The position numbers and the translations under genes are program-made. 64,000 nucleotides of DNA from a virus: positions 25,544 to 89,543 of IMG/VR virus record IMGVR_UViG_3300005329_000012; one strand, 5' to 3'. Below, piece by piece: positions 29,357 through 38,978 of the stretch. The notes below the pieces were generated by a model. It ran no database searches, was not told where the DNA came from, and saw only the letters and a list, made by a program, of their open reading frames with translations. How positions within the stretch are numbered: the stretch's first letter is position 1; the number at the start of each line of letters is the position of its first letter.

Positions 29357-31084
29357 TCAGCTCCCACAGACGCCCCCGACGCACGACTCCTCGTTCTCCT
29401 CGAACACGACGCCGGTCTGGCCGAGCGCGACCTCGTACGGCACGACGCTGAGCGGCTGGCCGCCGCGGGCGCCGTCCGGGTAGACGGTGATGCCGCGGAG
29501 CCTCGGCAGGTAGCGGATCAGCATGTCGCCGAAGTCGCGCTGGTCCCGCCCGTCCGTGAGCGGGTGCGGGAGGTTGATCGTGCTGCTGATGCCGTGGTCC
29601 ACGTACCGCTGGACCCACGCCTGGAACGCCACGCGCCGCTCGACGTCGAGCGAGAGCGAGTAGGCGTCCTCGATGTCCGCCGGGTCTCCCCCGCGGGCGA
29701 CGTGCCGCTCGGCGGCCGGGTCGATGACGTACTGGAACTGCGTCACGTCGTTGCCGTCGGACTTCGCCGTCTTGTACCGGCGCTTGTAGGCGACGCAGAA
29801 CACCGGCTCGATGCCGGTCGTGGTCTCGGCGATGATGCCGATGGTGCCGGTCGGCGCGATCGCGCGCGTCTTCACCGGGACGGTCAGGCCGTGCTCGCCC
29901 GCGTACTCGCGCGCGTAGAGGTCGGCCTCCTCGTAGACCTCCAGCCACTCGGCCAGCTCGCCGTCCGGGCCGTAGGGCTTCCCGCGCATGACGAGCCACT
30001 CGGCGACGCCCATGAGGCCGAGGCCGAGGCGCCGGTTCTTCGAGCGGACCGCGTGGACCTCCTCGTACGGCAGGTGCGAGTACACCGTGCCCGCCAGGAG
30101 GAACAGCGTCCCGAGGCGGACGGCCTCGCGCATCTCGTCCTTGTCGCCGATGCGGCTCAGGTTGATGCTCCCGAGGTTGCAGATGTCGTCGCCGTCGGCC
30201 GACGTGACCTCCGTGCAGGCGTTCCGCAGGGTCTCGCCCGCGTTGCCGCCCGTGTCGACCGAGAAGCCGGGCTCGGCGGTCGTGAGCATGCGGTCGAGCG
30301 TGCCCCAGTAGACGGCCTGCGCCAGCTTGTGCCGGATGTGGTCCTCGTTGCCGAACGCCTCGAAGAACTCGTCGTCGAGGATGACGGACACGTTCGTCAT
30401 GTCCATCGGGGCGCCGAAGTTGAAGTCGCGCTCCTTGATCGAGCGCACGTCCTCGCTCCAGTCCTTGACGCGGATGAAGTCCATCACGTCGTCGTGCTTC
30501 CAGCTGAGCCCGGCCCAGATCGCCGAGCGGCGCGAGCCGCCCTGCATGACGTTCCGGCCGATCTCGTTGACGATCTTCATGAGCGCGATCGGGCCGCTCG
30601 CGAGGCCGCCGGTCTTGTGGATCGGCTGGCCGCTCGCCCGGACGTCGCTGTAGTCGACGCCGATCCCGGCGCCGGTCATCAGGGCCATCCCCGCCTTCCG
30701 CATCAGGTCGCTCCAGCCCTCGCGCGAGTCGTCCGCGCGCAGCAGGAGGCAGTTCTGCGTCTGGTGCAGGGGTCGGCCGGAGGCGTAGAGGTAGCGCCCT
30801 CCCGGGAGGAACTTGCGCTGCTCGACCAGGCGCAGGACGCCGTCGAACTCCTCGTCGCCGGGGCTGTAGCCGAGCGCGCCCATCACGTTCGAGACGACCC
30901 TGTGGGCCGTCTCCCGCCACGTCTCCACCGCGCCCGCCTCGTCCCTCATGGCGTACTTGGCCCGGAACTGCGTCTCCGCCCAGGCCGAAAACTGGTCGGG
31001 GTCGGGGGCTTCGGTGTCTGTGTCGGTCGCGTCGTGGAGGTGGCTCGTTTCCTTTGTTTCTGTCAAAACTTCCGCTGCGGACAT
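29357..31084 (-). CDS. nrdJ: Class II (adenosylcobalamin-dependent) ribonucleotide reductase
   Basis: FLPGGRYL, NC, LRNACTE, CNLGSINL, RRLGLG, AIAPTGT, GIEP, ISSTIN, C-terminal CVGGVC; no NrdB partner in window. Confidence 0.88.
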   Translation of the reverse strand: MSAAEVLTETKETSHLHDATDTDTEAPDPDQFSAWAETQFRAKYAMRDEAGAVETWRETAHRVVSNVMGALGYSPGDEEFDGVLRLVEQRKFLPGGRYLYASGRPLHQTQNCLLLRADDSREGWSDLMRKAGMALMTGAGIGVDYSDVRASGQPIHKTGGLASGPIALMKIVNEIGRNVMQGGSRRSAIWAGLSWKHDDVMDFIRVKDWSEDVRSIKERDFNFGAPMDMTNVSVILDDEFFEAFGNEDHIRHKLAQAVYWGTLDRMLTTAEPGFSVDTGGNAGETLRNACTEVTSADGDDICNLGSINLSRIGDKDEMREAVRLGTLFLLAGTVYSHLPYEEVHAVRSKNRRLGLGLMGVAEWLVMRGKPYGPDGELAEWLEVYEEADLYAREYAGEHGLTVPVKTRAIAPTGTIGIIAETTTGIEPVFCVAYKRRYKTAKSDGNDVTQFQYVIDPAAERHVARGGDPADIEDAYSLSLDVERRVAFQAWVQRYVDHGISSTINLPHPLTDGRDQRDFGDMLIRYLPRLRGITVYPDGARGGQPLSVVPYEVALGQTGVVFEENEESCVGGVCGS

Positions 31085-31249
31085 CTTCTCTTTCGGTCGT
31101 CGGGATGGGGGAACAGCCCCCCTTATGCGCCGCACCCCGGCGGAAGCATGGGCCGCCGCCGGGCCGGGCTCCGCAACGTGCGCGCGCGCCCGAAAACGGA
31201 TTGTAGCGACCCCGTAAGGGGCGAGAGGTACCCTTCGAAGGAGGTACGA

Positions 31250-31675
31250 GTGAGCAAGTTCAAGGAAGTGTTCAGTTCGGCGGCCAGGGCGTTCGCGATC
31301 GCCTTCGGCTCGTCCGCGCTGATCCTGGCTGGCCCGGTGCTGGACGCCGCGGACGTGAAGACGGCCGTGGCCCTCGGCATCGCGGCGCTGATCGCGTCCA
31401 TCGCGGCAGGCGTCAAGGCCCTCCAGGAGTACATCCCGCAGATCTCGGTCGGCAGCTACGTCAAGCAGCCGTTCGGGGCGTGGATCGACGCGTTCCTCCA
31501 GGGCGGCATCGGCGCGTTCGCCGTGCTGCTGTTCAACTGGCTGAGCGCGGGAGACGTGACCGACTGGAAGAACTGGATCGCCGCAGCCGCGATCGGCGCT
31601 CTCCAGGCGGGCCTCCGTGCCCTCCAGGGCGCGGTCACGAAGGGCGAGGACCCCGCCCCCGCGACGGGCTTCTAG
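31250..31675 (+). CDS. Holin-like membrane protein (duplicated two-helix unit)
   Basis: AAGGAGG SD; four hydrophobic segments; repeated AAGVKALQ / QAGLRALQ. Confidence 0.5.
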   Translation: MSKFKEVFSSAARAFAIAFGSSALILAGPVLDAADVKTAVALGIAALIASIAAGVKALQEYIPQISVGSYVKQPFGAWIDAFLQGGIGAFAVLLFNWLSAGDVTDWKNWIAAAAIGALQAGLRALQGAVTKGEDPAPATGF

Positions 31676-31720
31676 GTCGGCAACAGGCCGACTCAAGCTC
31701 CGAGCGAGGCAGGGAACGAA

Positions 31721-31744
31721 CGAGGGGGCCGGAAGGCCCCCTCG
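31721..31744. terminator. Hairpin between convergent genes
   Basis: CGAGGGGGCC-GGAA-GGCCCCCTCG. Confidence 0.7.
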
Positions 31745-31797
31745 CCCTTTCAAGGCTCAAGGCTCGAAACCCTAGGGGACCGAGCCTTGAGCCTTGG

Positions 31798-32739
31798 CTA
31801 CGCGCCGACGGCCTCCAGGACCGAGCGCGGCACGAGGACGCCCTCGGTCATGATCTGCTTAACGGTGGCGACCGCCACCGCGACGCGCTCCTCGGTCGTC
31901 CCGTCGAGGCGCTGGAAGTTCATCCCGAACCCGTCGAGCACCTGCCGGAGGGCGTTGTCCACCCGCGCGGCGTGGCGCTTGGCCGCGTCGGCCTCCTCGC
32001 CGGGGACCTCGATCGCCGGGGCCAGCGGGAGGTAGAACGCGAACTTCACGCCCATGTGCTCCAGCAGGAACGTCAGCGTCGAGAGCGTGGCCTGGAGCTG
32101 CTGCATCCTGACCTGCGTGTCCGGCGTGACCAGACCGCTCTGCTGGAGGCCGAGCATCACCATCTCGAAGTTCGCGCCCGCGTGGGCGATGTTGCCCAGG
32201 GCGGTCCCGTTGACGATGTAGCTCGCGCCGTCGCGGCGCGCCTCGGCCTCGCGGGCCTGCGAGATCCCCCACGCGAGCAGGTGCTCGCGGTAGCCGCCGA
32301 ACATGCCGACGGCGTCCCCGAGGGCCTCGACCTCCAGGCCGGGGTTGCCGATCTGCTGGAGGGCCTCCCGGCCCAGGAACTCGTCCTCGGCCCAGGCCGC
32401 GGCGAACCCCTCGACGAACGGGGCCTTGCCCGAGCCCGGCGCGCCGACGACGGCCACGCTGACCGGGAACTCCGGTACGACCAGCACGGGGTCGTCGCCG
32501 CCCTGCTCGGGCTGCTCGGGCTCCTCGCCTCCGGGCACGACGCCCGCCAGCTCGGCGTGCGCCTCGCCCGTGTGCGTCACCGGGTCGCGGACCTCGCCCG
32601 TCTCCGGGTCGAGGACCTTGCCCGTCGGCACGAAGACCTCGGTGCCGTCGAACGTCTTCCGCATCTCTCCGGTCATCGCGTAGTCGGCCTGCGGCTGGCC
32701 GCCCTCGCCCTCGAACCTCTCCAGGTCCTCCGCACTCAT
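31798..32739 (-). CDS. P-loop NTPase / nucleotide-kinase-like (AAA_28/NadR-like)
   Basis: VAVVGAPGSGK Walker A; C-terminal LDGTTEERV. Confidence 0.6.
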   Translation of the reverse strand: MSAEDLERFEGEGGQPQADYAMTGEMRKTFDGTEVFVPTGKVLDPETGEVRDPVTHTGEAHAELAGVVPGGEEPEQPEQGGDDPVLVVPEFPVSVAVVGAPGSGKAPFVEGFAAAWAEDEFLGREALQQIGNPGLEVEALGDAVGMFGGYREHLLAWGISQAREAEARRDGASYIVNGTALGNIAHAGANFEMVMLGLQQSGLVTPDTQVRMQQLQATLSTLTFLLEHMGVKFAFYLPLAPAIEVPGEEADAAKRHAARVDNALRQVLDGFGMNFQRLDGTTEERVAVAVATVKQIMTEGVLVPRSVLEAVGA

Positions 32740-33428
32740 GCGTCCTCCTTGAGCTGGCTGAACGGGAGGAGCCGCGCCGACACCTTGCCGGGGGTCGTGT
32801 GCCTGGCGAACACCGTGGCGCTCTCCGGGTTGGCGACCATGAAGCGTGTCGCGGCCTTCTCGTCCAGCTCGTAGATCGTGTGCTCCACGACTACATCTTC
32901 GGCGCCGAGGGCCTGGAACTGCTCGTCCTCGCGCAGGGCTCCCGCGTCGATCGTGGGCGCCGACGTGCTCGTGGTGCGGCCGAACTTGTAGTCGCCGACC
33001 GCGAACTCGAACTTGACCAGGGAGTCATTCTCCTGGATCTCCAGAGTGAACGTCTCGCCGTCGGTCGTCGCGTTCAGGAGCGTCCACTCCGGGTGGTGCA
33101 TGGCCAGCCAGGCCCGGACGTCGCCGCCGTAGACGTCGTCGACCTCGGCCTTGTCGGCCGGGACGACCTTCGTCGCCAGCGGTACCTCGTCGCGGACGAC
33201 CTCGCTGATCAGCTCCATGATCGGGCCGCGCAGCAGCTCCTTCTGCTGCTTCGCCGCCTTCTCCTTGATGTCGGCCTCCAGGTACAGCTCGGCAAGCTCC
33301 GTAAGCTCCTCGCGGGCCGTGGCGGTCTCGACCTCGGCCAGGACGACCGTCCCCTCGGGGACCGACTCGTCCTCGACCACCGGGATGCCCGCGACCTCGC
33401 CGACCTTCCTCCGCTTCAGGTTCGCCAT
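32736..33428 (-). CDS. Hypothetical protein (alternative start GTG 33497)
   Basis: GAGGAG SD before ATG 33428; ATGA coupling to the next gene. Confidence 0.65.
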   Translation of the reverse strand: MANLKRRKVGEVAGIPVVEDESVPEGTVVLAEVETATAREELTELAELYLEADIKEKAAKQQKELLRGPIMELISEVVRDEVPLATKVVPADKAEVDDVYGGDVRAWLAMHHPEWTLLNATTDGETFTLEIQENDSLVKFEFAVGDYKFGRTTSTSAPTIDAGALREDEQFQALGAEDVVVEHTIYELDEKAATRFMVANPESATVFARHTTPGKVSARLLPFSQLKEDA

Positions 33429-33493
33429 CGTCTCCTCTCTCGTAGCCGCCAGCCAAGCCTCGTCCAGCTCGCCGTGCAGCCGCTCCGTCCTGT

Positions 33494-33832
33494 TCACTCC
33501 TCGACCAGGACCGTGTTCCGCCCGCACCGCGGGCAGACGTGGTTCCTCCGCTGCTCCTCGCTCTGGGGCACCGGGTCGTTCGACGTCCAGTTGCAGATCT
33601 TCCGCATCGCCTCCCGCGTGTGGCGGCAGTACCCGCGGTACGTCCAGCTCGGGCAGTCGCAGGTGATGTCCTCCGTCCCCTCCCACGGCGGGATCGACAC
33701 GGAGTAGGTCTTCTTCGGGTCGGTCGACGACCTGACCTCGACCTCCTGCCACTCCAGGTTGGACTCGCACTCCTGAGCGAACTGCGTCACGCGCCCATTG
33801 TAACCGACGGTTGGGGGACCAAAGGACCTCAT
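33494..33832 (-). CDS. SWIM zinc finger protein with C-terminal Zn ribbon
   Basis: YSVSI...TCDCPSW...CRH and CPRCG. Confidence 0.75.
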   Translation of the reverse strand: MRSFGPPTVGYNGRVTQFAQECESNLEWQEVEVRSSTDPKKTYSVSIPPWEGTEDITCDCPSWTYRGYCRHTREAMRKICNWTSNDPVPQSEEQRRNHVCPRCGRNTVLVEE

Positions 33833-34005
33833 TTCCCTCGCGCGCGCGAGAAGGTTCTTAGCAGTTTTCATGCACCAGTGGTAGGTGTTGAAGGACCAAA
33901 CTGCTGGACACCACAGGTGTTCGTCGTTCCGGCGCGCTTTCCCCACGTCCGGCCCCGAACCCCCCGTTTGGGGGACGTCCCCTCCGCGCCGGTCACTATC
34001 CGGCC

Positions 34006-34596
34006 GTGGACCACTGGCTCAACCTTGAGACGTGGGTCGTCGCCGACAACCACTGGGGCCACGGCAACATCAGGGCCTACGGCGCGCGGCCGGACAACCA
34101 CTACGAGCTGATGCGGAGCCTCTGGCTCGAACGGGTCGGCGGGCGCGAGTCCGTCCTGCACCTGGGCGACCTGCTCTGGGGCGGCTTCACCGAGGACCCG
34201 CCCTGGTGGGTGCTCGACCTTCCCGGCATGAAGCGGCTGGTGCGCGGCAACCACGACAAGTACTCCGCGAAGTGGTACCGGGCCATCGGCTTCGAGGTCA
34301 TCGGCCGGGGCGACAAGGCCGTCCGGCGCCTGCACCTGCCCGAGCACGACCTGGTGGTCGCGTTCTCCCACGAGCCCCTGGTCGCCGACCGGGACGACGG
34401 CGGCTGGGACGTGAACGTCCACGGCCACGTGCACCAGAACCCGGTGAGGTACGTCACGGCCCCGCGCAGCCCCGCCGACTACGTGAACGCCTGCGTCGAG
34501 GCCATCGGCTACGGGCCGGTGCGGCTCCGCGAGCTGCTTGAGCGCGCGGGCGCCCTCGGGAAGCCCGGCGAAACGCCGAATAAGGGCGGCTCATGA
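34006..34596 (+). CDS. Calcineurin-like metallophosphoesterase
   Basis: ADNHWGH, HLGD, GNHD, SHEP, HGHVH motifs. Confidence 0.9.
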   Translation: MDHWLNLETWVVADNHWGHGNIRAYGARPDNHYELMRSLWLERVGGRESVLHLGDLLWGGFTEDPPWWVLDLPGMKRLVRGNHDKYSAKWYRAIGFEVIGRGDKAVRRLHLPEHDLVVAFSHEPLVADRDDGGWDVNVHGHVHQNPVRYVTAPRSPADYVNACVEAIGYGPVRLRELLERAGALGKPGETPNKGGS

Positions 34597-35480
34597 CACC
34601 ACCGCGACTCCGGCCTCCCGGCAAGGTTGAGGCCACAGCACTACGGGACCTCTGGGCAGAACGAGGCTACAGGGTCCCCCACACGCTCACCCCGTCCCAG
34701 GAGGCCGTCCTGGAGAGCAACACGCAGTACCGCAAGTCGCGCCGCGACGACGGCGGCTGCGTGGTCTGCGAGGGGCAGGGCGAACACTACTGGCTCGGCG
34801 AGCGGCTGGAGTGCCCCGACGACTCCTTCGGGCACCCCGCGCAGCGCCTCGCGGAGTGGTACTGGGTGCACAACATCCCGCTCCAGTACCAGCTCCTCGA
34901 CTGGCGCGACTGGCCGACGGACACCGGCGTCAAGCTCCAGGCGAAGGCGATCGCCGAGGCGTACCTGGACTCGTACAAGGGGCTGTCCTTCTACGGCCAG
35001 GGGCTCAACATCTACTCGAAGACGCAGGGCACCGGCAAGACGTGGGTCGCCACCGCGATCCAGAAGGACCTGACCAAGTCCGGCGTGGACACGTGGTTCG
35101 TCCGCTTCCTGGACGTCGTCTCCTTGTACGACTGGGAGGACAAGGCGAAGAAGGCCCTGTACACGGACCGCATCAAGGGCGCGTCGTTCCTGGTGCTGGA
35201 CGAGGTACAGCCCGGCTGGACGCCGAAGCAGGCGTCGCTCTACCGCGAGAAGCTGGAGGAGCTGATCCGGCCGCGCGAGAGCGACAACCTCGTGACCGTC
35301 CTGACCACCAACATGACCCGCGACGAGCTGGCCGACGAGTACGGCCGCGTGTTCTCCCTGCTGAGCGCCAAGAACGAGTGGATCAGCCTGGAGGGCGCGG
35401 TCGACGCGCGCATCAGCTCCGACCTCTGGCGCCAACAGGCCGAGGCGGGGGAGAACAACGAGAGGCCGCCGATCACATGA
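34593..35480 (+). CDS. DnaC/IstB-like helicase loader ATPase
   Basis: QGTGKT Walker A, LVLDE Walker B, TTN motif; upstream of DnaB. Confidence 0.8.
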   Translation: MTPPRLRPPGKVEATALRDLWAERGYRVPHTLTPSQEAVLESNTQYRKSRRDDGGCVVCEGQGEHYWLGERLECPDDSFGHPAQRLAEWYWVHNIPLQYQLLDWRDWPTDTGVKLQAKAIAEAYLDSYKGLSFYGQGLNIYSKTQGTGKTWVATAIQKDLTKSGVDTWFVRFLDVVSLYDWEDKAKKALYTDRIKGASFLVLDEVQPGWTPKQASLYREKLEELIRPRESDNLVTVLTTNMTRDELADEYGRVFSLLSAKNEWISLEGAVDARISSDLWRQQAEAGENNERPPIT

Positions 35481-36742
35481 CAGAGCTGTACGTGGGGCTG
35501 GACATCGACGAGCAGATCGTCGCCCACCTGGCGACGCCGGGCGGCGCGAAGATCGCCGAGGAACTCGACCCGGAGTTCCTGAGCGACGACGCCGCGGAGG
35601 CGCTGACGCGCTGGCGCGAGTACAAGGACCAGTACGGCGGGGTCATCCCGCCCGACATCCTCGCCGACGAGATGGACTGGGACGGCGAGTTCCCCGAGGC
35701 CCTCGGCGAGCCCGAGTACTGGCTCAACGAGGCCCGCACCCGGCAGCTGCGCCGCGAGGGCGCCGCGGCCATCAAGCGCGCGGGCGCGATGGGGAAGGAG
35801 GACCCGGTCGAGGCGTTCACCTGGCTCGGGAAGGAGTCCGTGCGGCTGGTCGAGCTGGCCGCGCCGCCCACCCGCGCCGTCCGCAGCCTCGGCACCGAGG
35901 GCGGCGCCGAGTGGTACCGCCAGCAGACGACCGAGGCGGCCAAGGGCCTCTCGTGGGGCTTCAAGGACATCGACGAGGCCGTCGGCGGGCTCCGCAACGG
36001 CACGCTGAACGTCATCGTCGCCCGGCTCAAGCGGTACAAGAGCTGGCTGGCGCAGAAGTCGGCCATGGAGACGTTCTACAACGGCAAGCGGGTCACGTTC
36101 GCCCCGCTGGAGCTGCCGGTGGGCGAGTTCAAGACGCGGCTCAACTGCATGATCGGCGACGTGCCGTGGTCGGTCGTCGGCCGCTACGTCGCCGGACCGG
36201 AGCACGTCGAGCGGATGGAGGAGGTCGAGGCTTGGATGCGCGAGCAGGCCAACCCGATCAACATCGTCAAGCCCGCGCCGGGCGCCGTCACGGCGGCCAC
36301 CCTGGCGGCCGAGGCGAAGCGGTACGAGAGCGACATCCTCTACGTGGACCAGCTCGACTTCATGGAGCGCGACCGCTCCCTCCCGGAGTGGGTCGAGTAC
36401 GGCCGCATCGCCACGGAGCTGAAGCAGGTGGCGATGGAGCTGGACATCCCGGTCGTCCTGGTCGTCCAGTTCAACCGGCAGGCCACCGTCAAGAAGTTCG
36501 TCGACCTGGGCGCGGAGTTCGTCGGCCACGCCGACAAGATCCCGCAGGTGCTCGACGTCCTGATGGCGAGCTTCGCCACCGGCCGGATGAAGGACAACGG
36601 CATCATCCACTACGGCATCCTGGAGTCCCGGTCGGCCACCGCTCCCCGCGCGTGGGAGATCAAGGTCGAGCTGGACGACAGAGCCGACTTCGTCCTCTCG
36701 CGCGAGCACGACCTCCACGCGGACGACGAGAGTGACGACTAG
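35477..36742 (+). CDS. DnaB-like replicative helicase
   Basis: GFKDIDEAVGGL, YVDQLDF, LKQVAMELDIPVVLVVQFNR motifs; ATGA coupling. Confidence 0.85.
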   Translation: MTELYVGLDIDEQIVAHLATPGGAKIAEELDPEFLSDDAAEALTRWREYKDQYGGVIPPDILADEMDWDGEFPEALGEPEYWLNEARTRQLRREGAAAIKRAGAMGKEDPVEAFTWLGKESVRLVELAAPPTRAVRSLGTEGGAEWYRQQTTEAAKGLSWGFKDIDEAVGGLRNGTLNVIVARLKRYKSWLAQKSAMETFYNGKRVTFAPLELPVGEFKTRLNCMIGDVPWSVVGRYVAGPEHVERMEEVEAWMREQANPINIVKPAPGAVTAATLAAEAKRYESDILYVDQLDFMERDRSLPEWVEYGRIATELKQVAMELDIPVVLVVQFNRQATVKKFVDLGAEFVGHADKIPQVLDVLMASFATGRMKDNGIIHYGILESRSATAPRAWEIKVELDDRADFVLSREHDLHADDESDD

Positions 36743-37856
36743 CTTCCGACGCGGCAAGCAGGGCCTCCCACGGGAGGCCCGCCGCCCGCGGCTGGACTGG
36801 GACGAGGTACGCGAGTCCCTGGCCGCGGACGAGGCCCTGGCGGCGCTCGACGTGGACGTGGCCCGGGAGTCGCGCGGCGAGATGTGGGCGTTCTGCCCGC
36901 TCCCCGACCACCCCGGCGCCGACCGCTCCGGGAGCAACTTCTCGATCCACGAGGGCTCCCTCGTCTGGAAGTGCTTCACCTGCGACGAGGGTGGGGCGTT
37001 CCCCGAGCTGGTGATCAAGCTCCGCGGCCTGGAGGACGGCCCCGAGGGCTCGGCGTGGCAGCAGGCGCTCCGGTTCCTGGCCGAGTACTCCGACGTGGCG
37101 CTCGACGGCACGGTGGACGAGGTCTACAACAAGCAGGTCGAGCGCGCCGCGAAGGCGGCCGACTCGTGGGGCGCCCGCCGCCAGCGCGACCGGCGGCAGA
37201 TGCCCGCGTTCGCGCCCGGCGTCCTCGACCGCATGGGCGGCCCGGCGCCGCTCTCCGTCCTGGCGAAGTGGCACGTCGACGACGAGGAAGTGGTCGAGGC
37301 GTACGGCGTCAGGTACAGCGCGGAGAGCGAGCACCACGGCTACGTCGCCCCGGCGATCACGATCCCGCACTTCTTCGGCGGCAGGCTGGTCGGCTACCAG
37401 CGCCGCTGGCTCGCCGACGACCGTCCCGACTGGGTCCCGAAGTACACGAACACGGAGGACTTTCCGAAGGCCGACACCCTGTACGGCTGGGACGTCGCCC
37501 TCCCGTTCGCGCGCGCGGGCCACACGACGGCGGTGGTCGAGTCGGCCATGACCGTCCTGCGGCTGGCGTGCCTCGGAATCCCGGCCGTCGGCACCTTCGG
37601 CGCCAGCGTGACGGACGAGCAGATCCGGCTCCTCGGGACGCTGCGCCCCGGGCTGGCGCTCGCGTACGACAACGACCGGCCCGGCAGGAAGGCCACCCGG
37701 CGCATCGCCGACGAGCTGAGCTACCTGCCGCTCGACGTCGTCCCGCCGCCCCGCGGGGCCAAGGCCGACCTGGCCGACGCCGACGAGGCGGGCGTCCGCG
37801 ACGCGTTCGCGAGGGCCTATCCTGCGTACGACTCCGACCGAATAAAGGGTGAGTAA
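36732..37856 (+). CDS. DNA primase (CHC2 Zn finger + Toprim)
   Basis: CPLPDH...WKCFTC; KYTNT; VVES; AYDNDRPG. Confidence 0.88.
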   Translation: MTTSFRRGKQGLPREARRPRLDWDEVRESLAADEALAALDVDVARESRGEMWAFCPLPDHPGADRSGSNFSIHEGSLVWKCFTCDEGGAFPELVIKLRGLEDGPEGSAWQQALRFLAEYSDVALDGTVDEVYNKQVERAAKAADSWGARRQRDRRQMPAFAPGVLDRMGGPAPLSVLAKWHVDDEEVVEAYGVRYSAESEHHGYVAPAITIPHFFGGRLVGYQRRWLADDRPDWVPKYTNTEDFPKADTLYGWDVALPFARAGHTTAVVESAMTVLRLACLGIPAVGTFGASVTDEQIRLLGTLRPGLALAYDNDRPGRKATRRIADELSYLPLDVVPPPRGAKADLADADEAGVRDAFARAYPAYDSDRIKGE

Positions 37857-37857
37857 G

Positions 37858-37980
37858 ATGGCATTCGTGAAGCGAACCCGAGCCGAGTCCTACGAGCCCG
37901 TCCAGAAGGACGAGCCCGAGGCCACGCAGAAGGAGATCAAGGAGCCGGAGCCCAAGGCCCCGGCGTCCCCCGCGAAGTAG
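37858..37980 (+). CDS. Small hypothetical protein (40 aa)
   Basis: ATG...TAG with typical codon bias (MAFVKRTRAESYEP...). Confidence 0.45.
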   Translation: MAFVKRTRAESYEPVQKDEPEATQKEIKEPEPKAPASPAK

Positions 37981-38029
37981 CTACAATCTTACCGCAAAGC
38001 CACAACACTCAACGTACAGGAGGCATTAG

Positions 38030-38929
38030 GTGGCACAGTTCCGTAGGGGCGCCGACGCGATCGCGCAGGCGGCCAAGCGCAAGGGAGGCGGCAAGTTCGC
38101 CCCGGTCTTCAAGTTCGAGGCCGACGAGACGAAGTACCTCCAGTTCCTCGTCCCGATGGAGGACATCCCGACGGTGCTCATGCACCAGTTCATCATCATC
38201 GGCTCCCGCGAGGACGGGTCGCCGAAGTACGAGCGGTTCATCTCGCGCCGCGACCCGGGCCTCGACGGGCCGGACGGGTACGACGAGATCATCGACCGCT
38301 TCGGCCTGACGCCGACGGAGCGCAGCGTCGCCCTCGCGGTCGAGGTCGAGCCCGTCTACGGCGAGGGCACCGGCCGACGCAAGAAGATCGAGGGCTTCGA
38401 CCTGGCCATGCGCCAGTTCGAGAAGGACGGCGAGACCGTGGAGGTCCCGGCGTTCCAGCTCGTGATCGAGAGCCCGAAGACCTTCTTCAACCACCTGGCG
38501 GCGCAGGACGACGTCAAGGCGATCGAGGAGACGATCTGGGCCGTCAAGCGGAATGGGAAGGGCACGGACACGACCTACACGTTCATCGACACGGGCGAGG
38601 ACGCCCTGGACGTGGAGGACGAGCTGAACGCCTTCACCGAGACGTTCGACTTCGAGGCGTGGCTCGACGAGCTGGCCGACGAGGAGCGCATGCGCGAGCT
38701 GATCGAGCCGCTCCCGGACGACCACCGCCTCAGCCGCTTCGGCGGCAAGGGGAAGAAGGACGACGACGCCGAGGCGCCGAAGCGGGGCCGCAGGGCCTCG
38801 TCCCGCGCCCGCGCGGCGGACGTCGAGGAAGACGACAGCGAGCCCGAGGCAGAGCCCGCGGCCGAGAAGCCCAAGGCGGGCGAGCGGTCGAAGCGGTTCT
38901 CGGCGCTTCGGGACTCCGTCAAGGCGTGA
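38030..38929 (+). CDS. Putative single-stranded DNA-binding protein (gp32-like)
   Basis: KRNGKGTDTTYTF motif, charged tail, between primase and polymerase; TACAAT -10 at 37982 and AGGAGG SD. Confidence 0.6.
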   Translation: MAQFRRGADAIAQAAKRKGGGKFAPVFKFEADETKYLQFLVPMEDIPTVLMHQFIIIGSREDGSPKYERFISRRDPGLDGPDGYDEIIDRFGLTPTERSVALAVEVEPVYGEGTGRRKKIEGFDLAMRQFEKDGETVEVPAFQLVIESPKTFFNHLAAQDDVKAIEETIWAVKRNGKGTDTTYTFIDTGEDALDVEDELNAFTETFDFEAWLDELADEERMRELIEPLPDDHRLSRFGGKGKKDDDAEAPKRGRRASSRARAADVEEDDSEPEAEPAAEKPKAGERSKRFSALRDSVKA

Positions 38930-38978
38930 CGGCCGCCAGCAACCCGGCCCCGGGCGACCCCCGGGGCCGGAGGGCCTC

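Noticed and set aside
29179-29367. Small ORF between RNR and thioredoxin
   Set aside because: Possibly real (coupled to thioredoxin), but its start and product cannot be supported.
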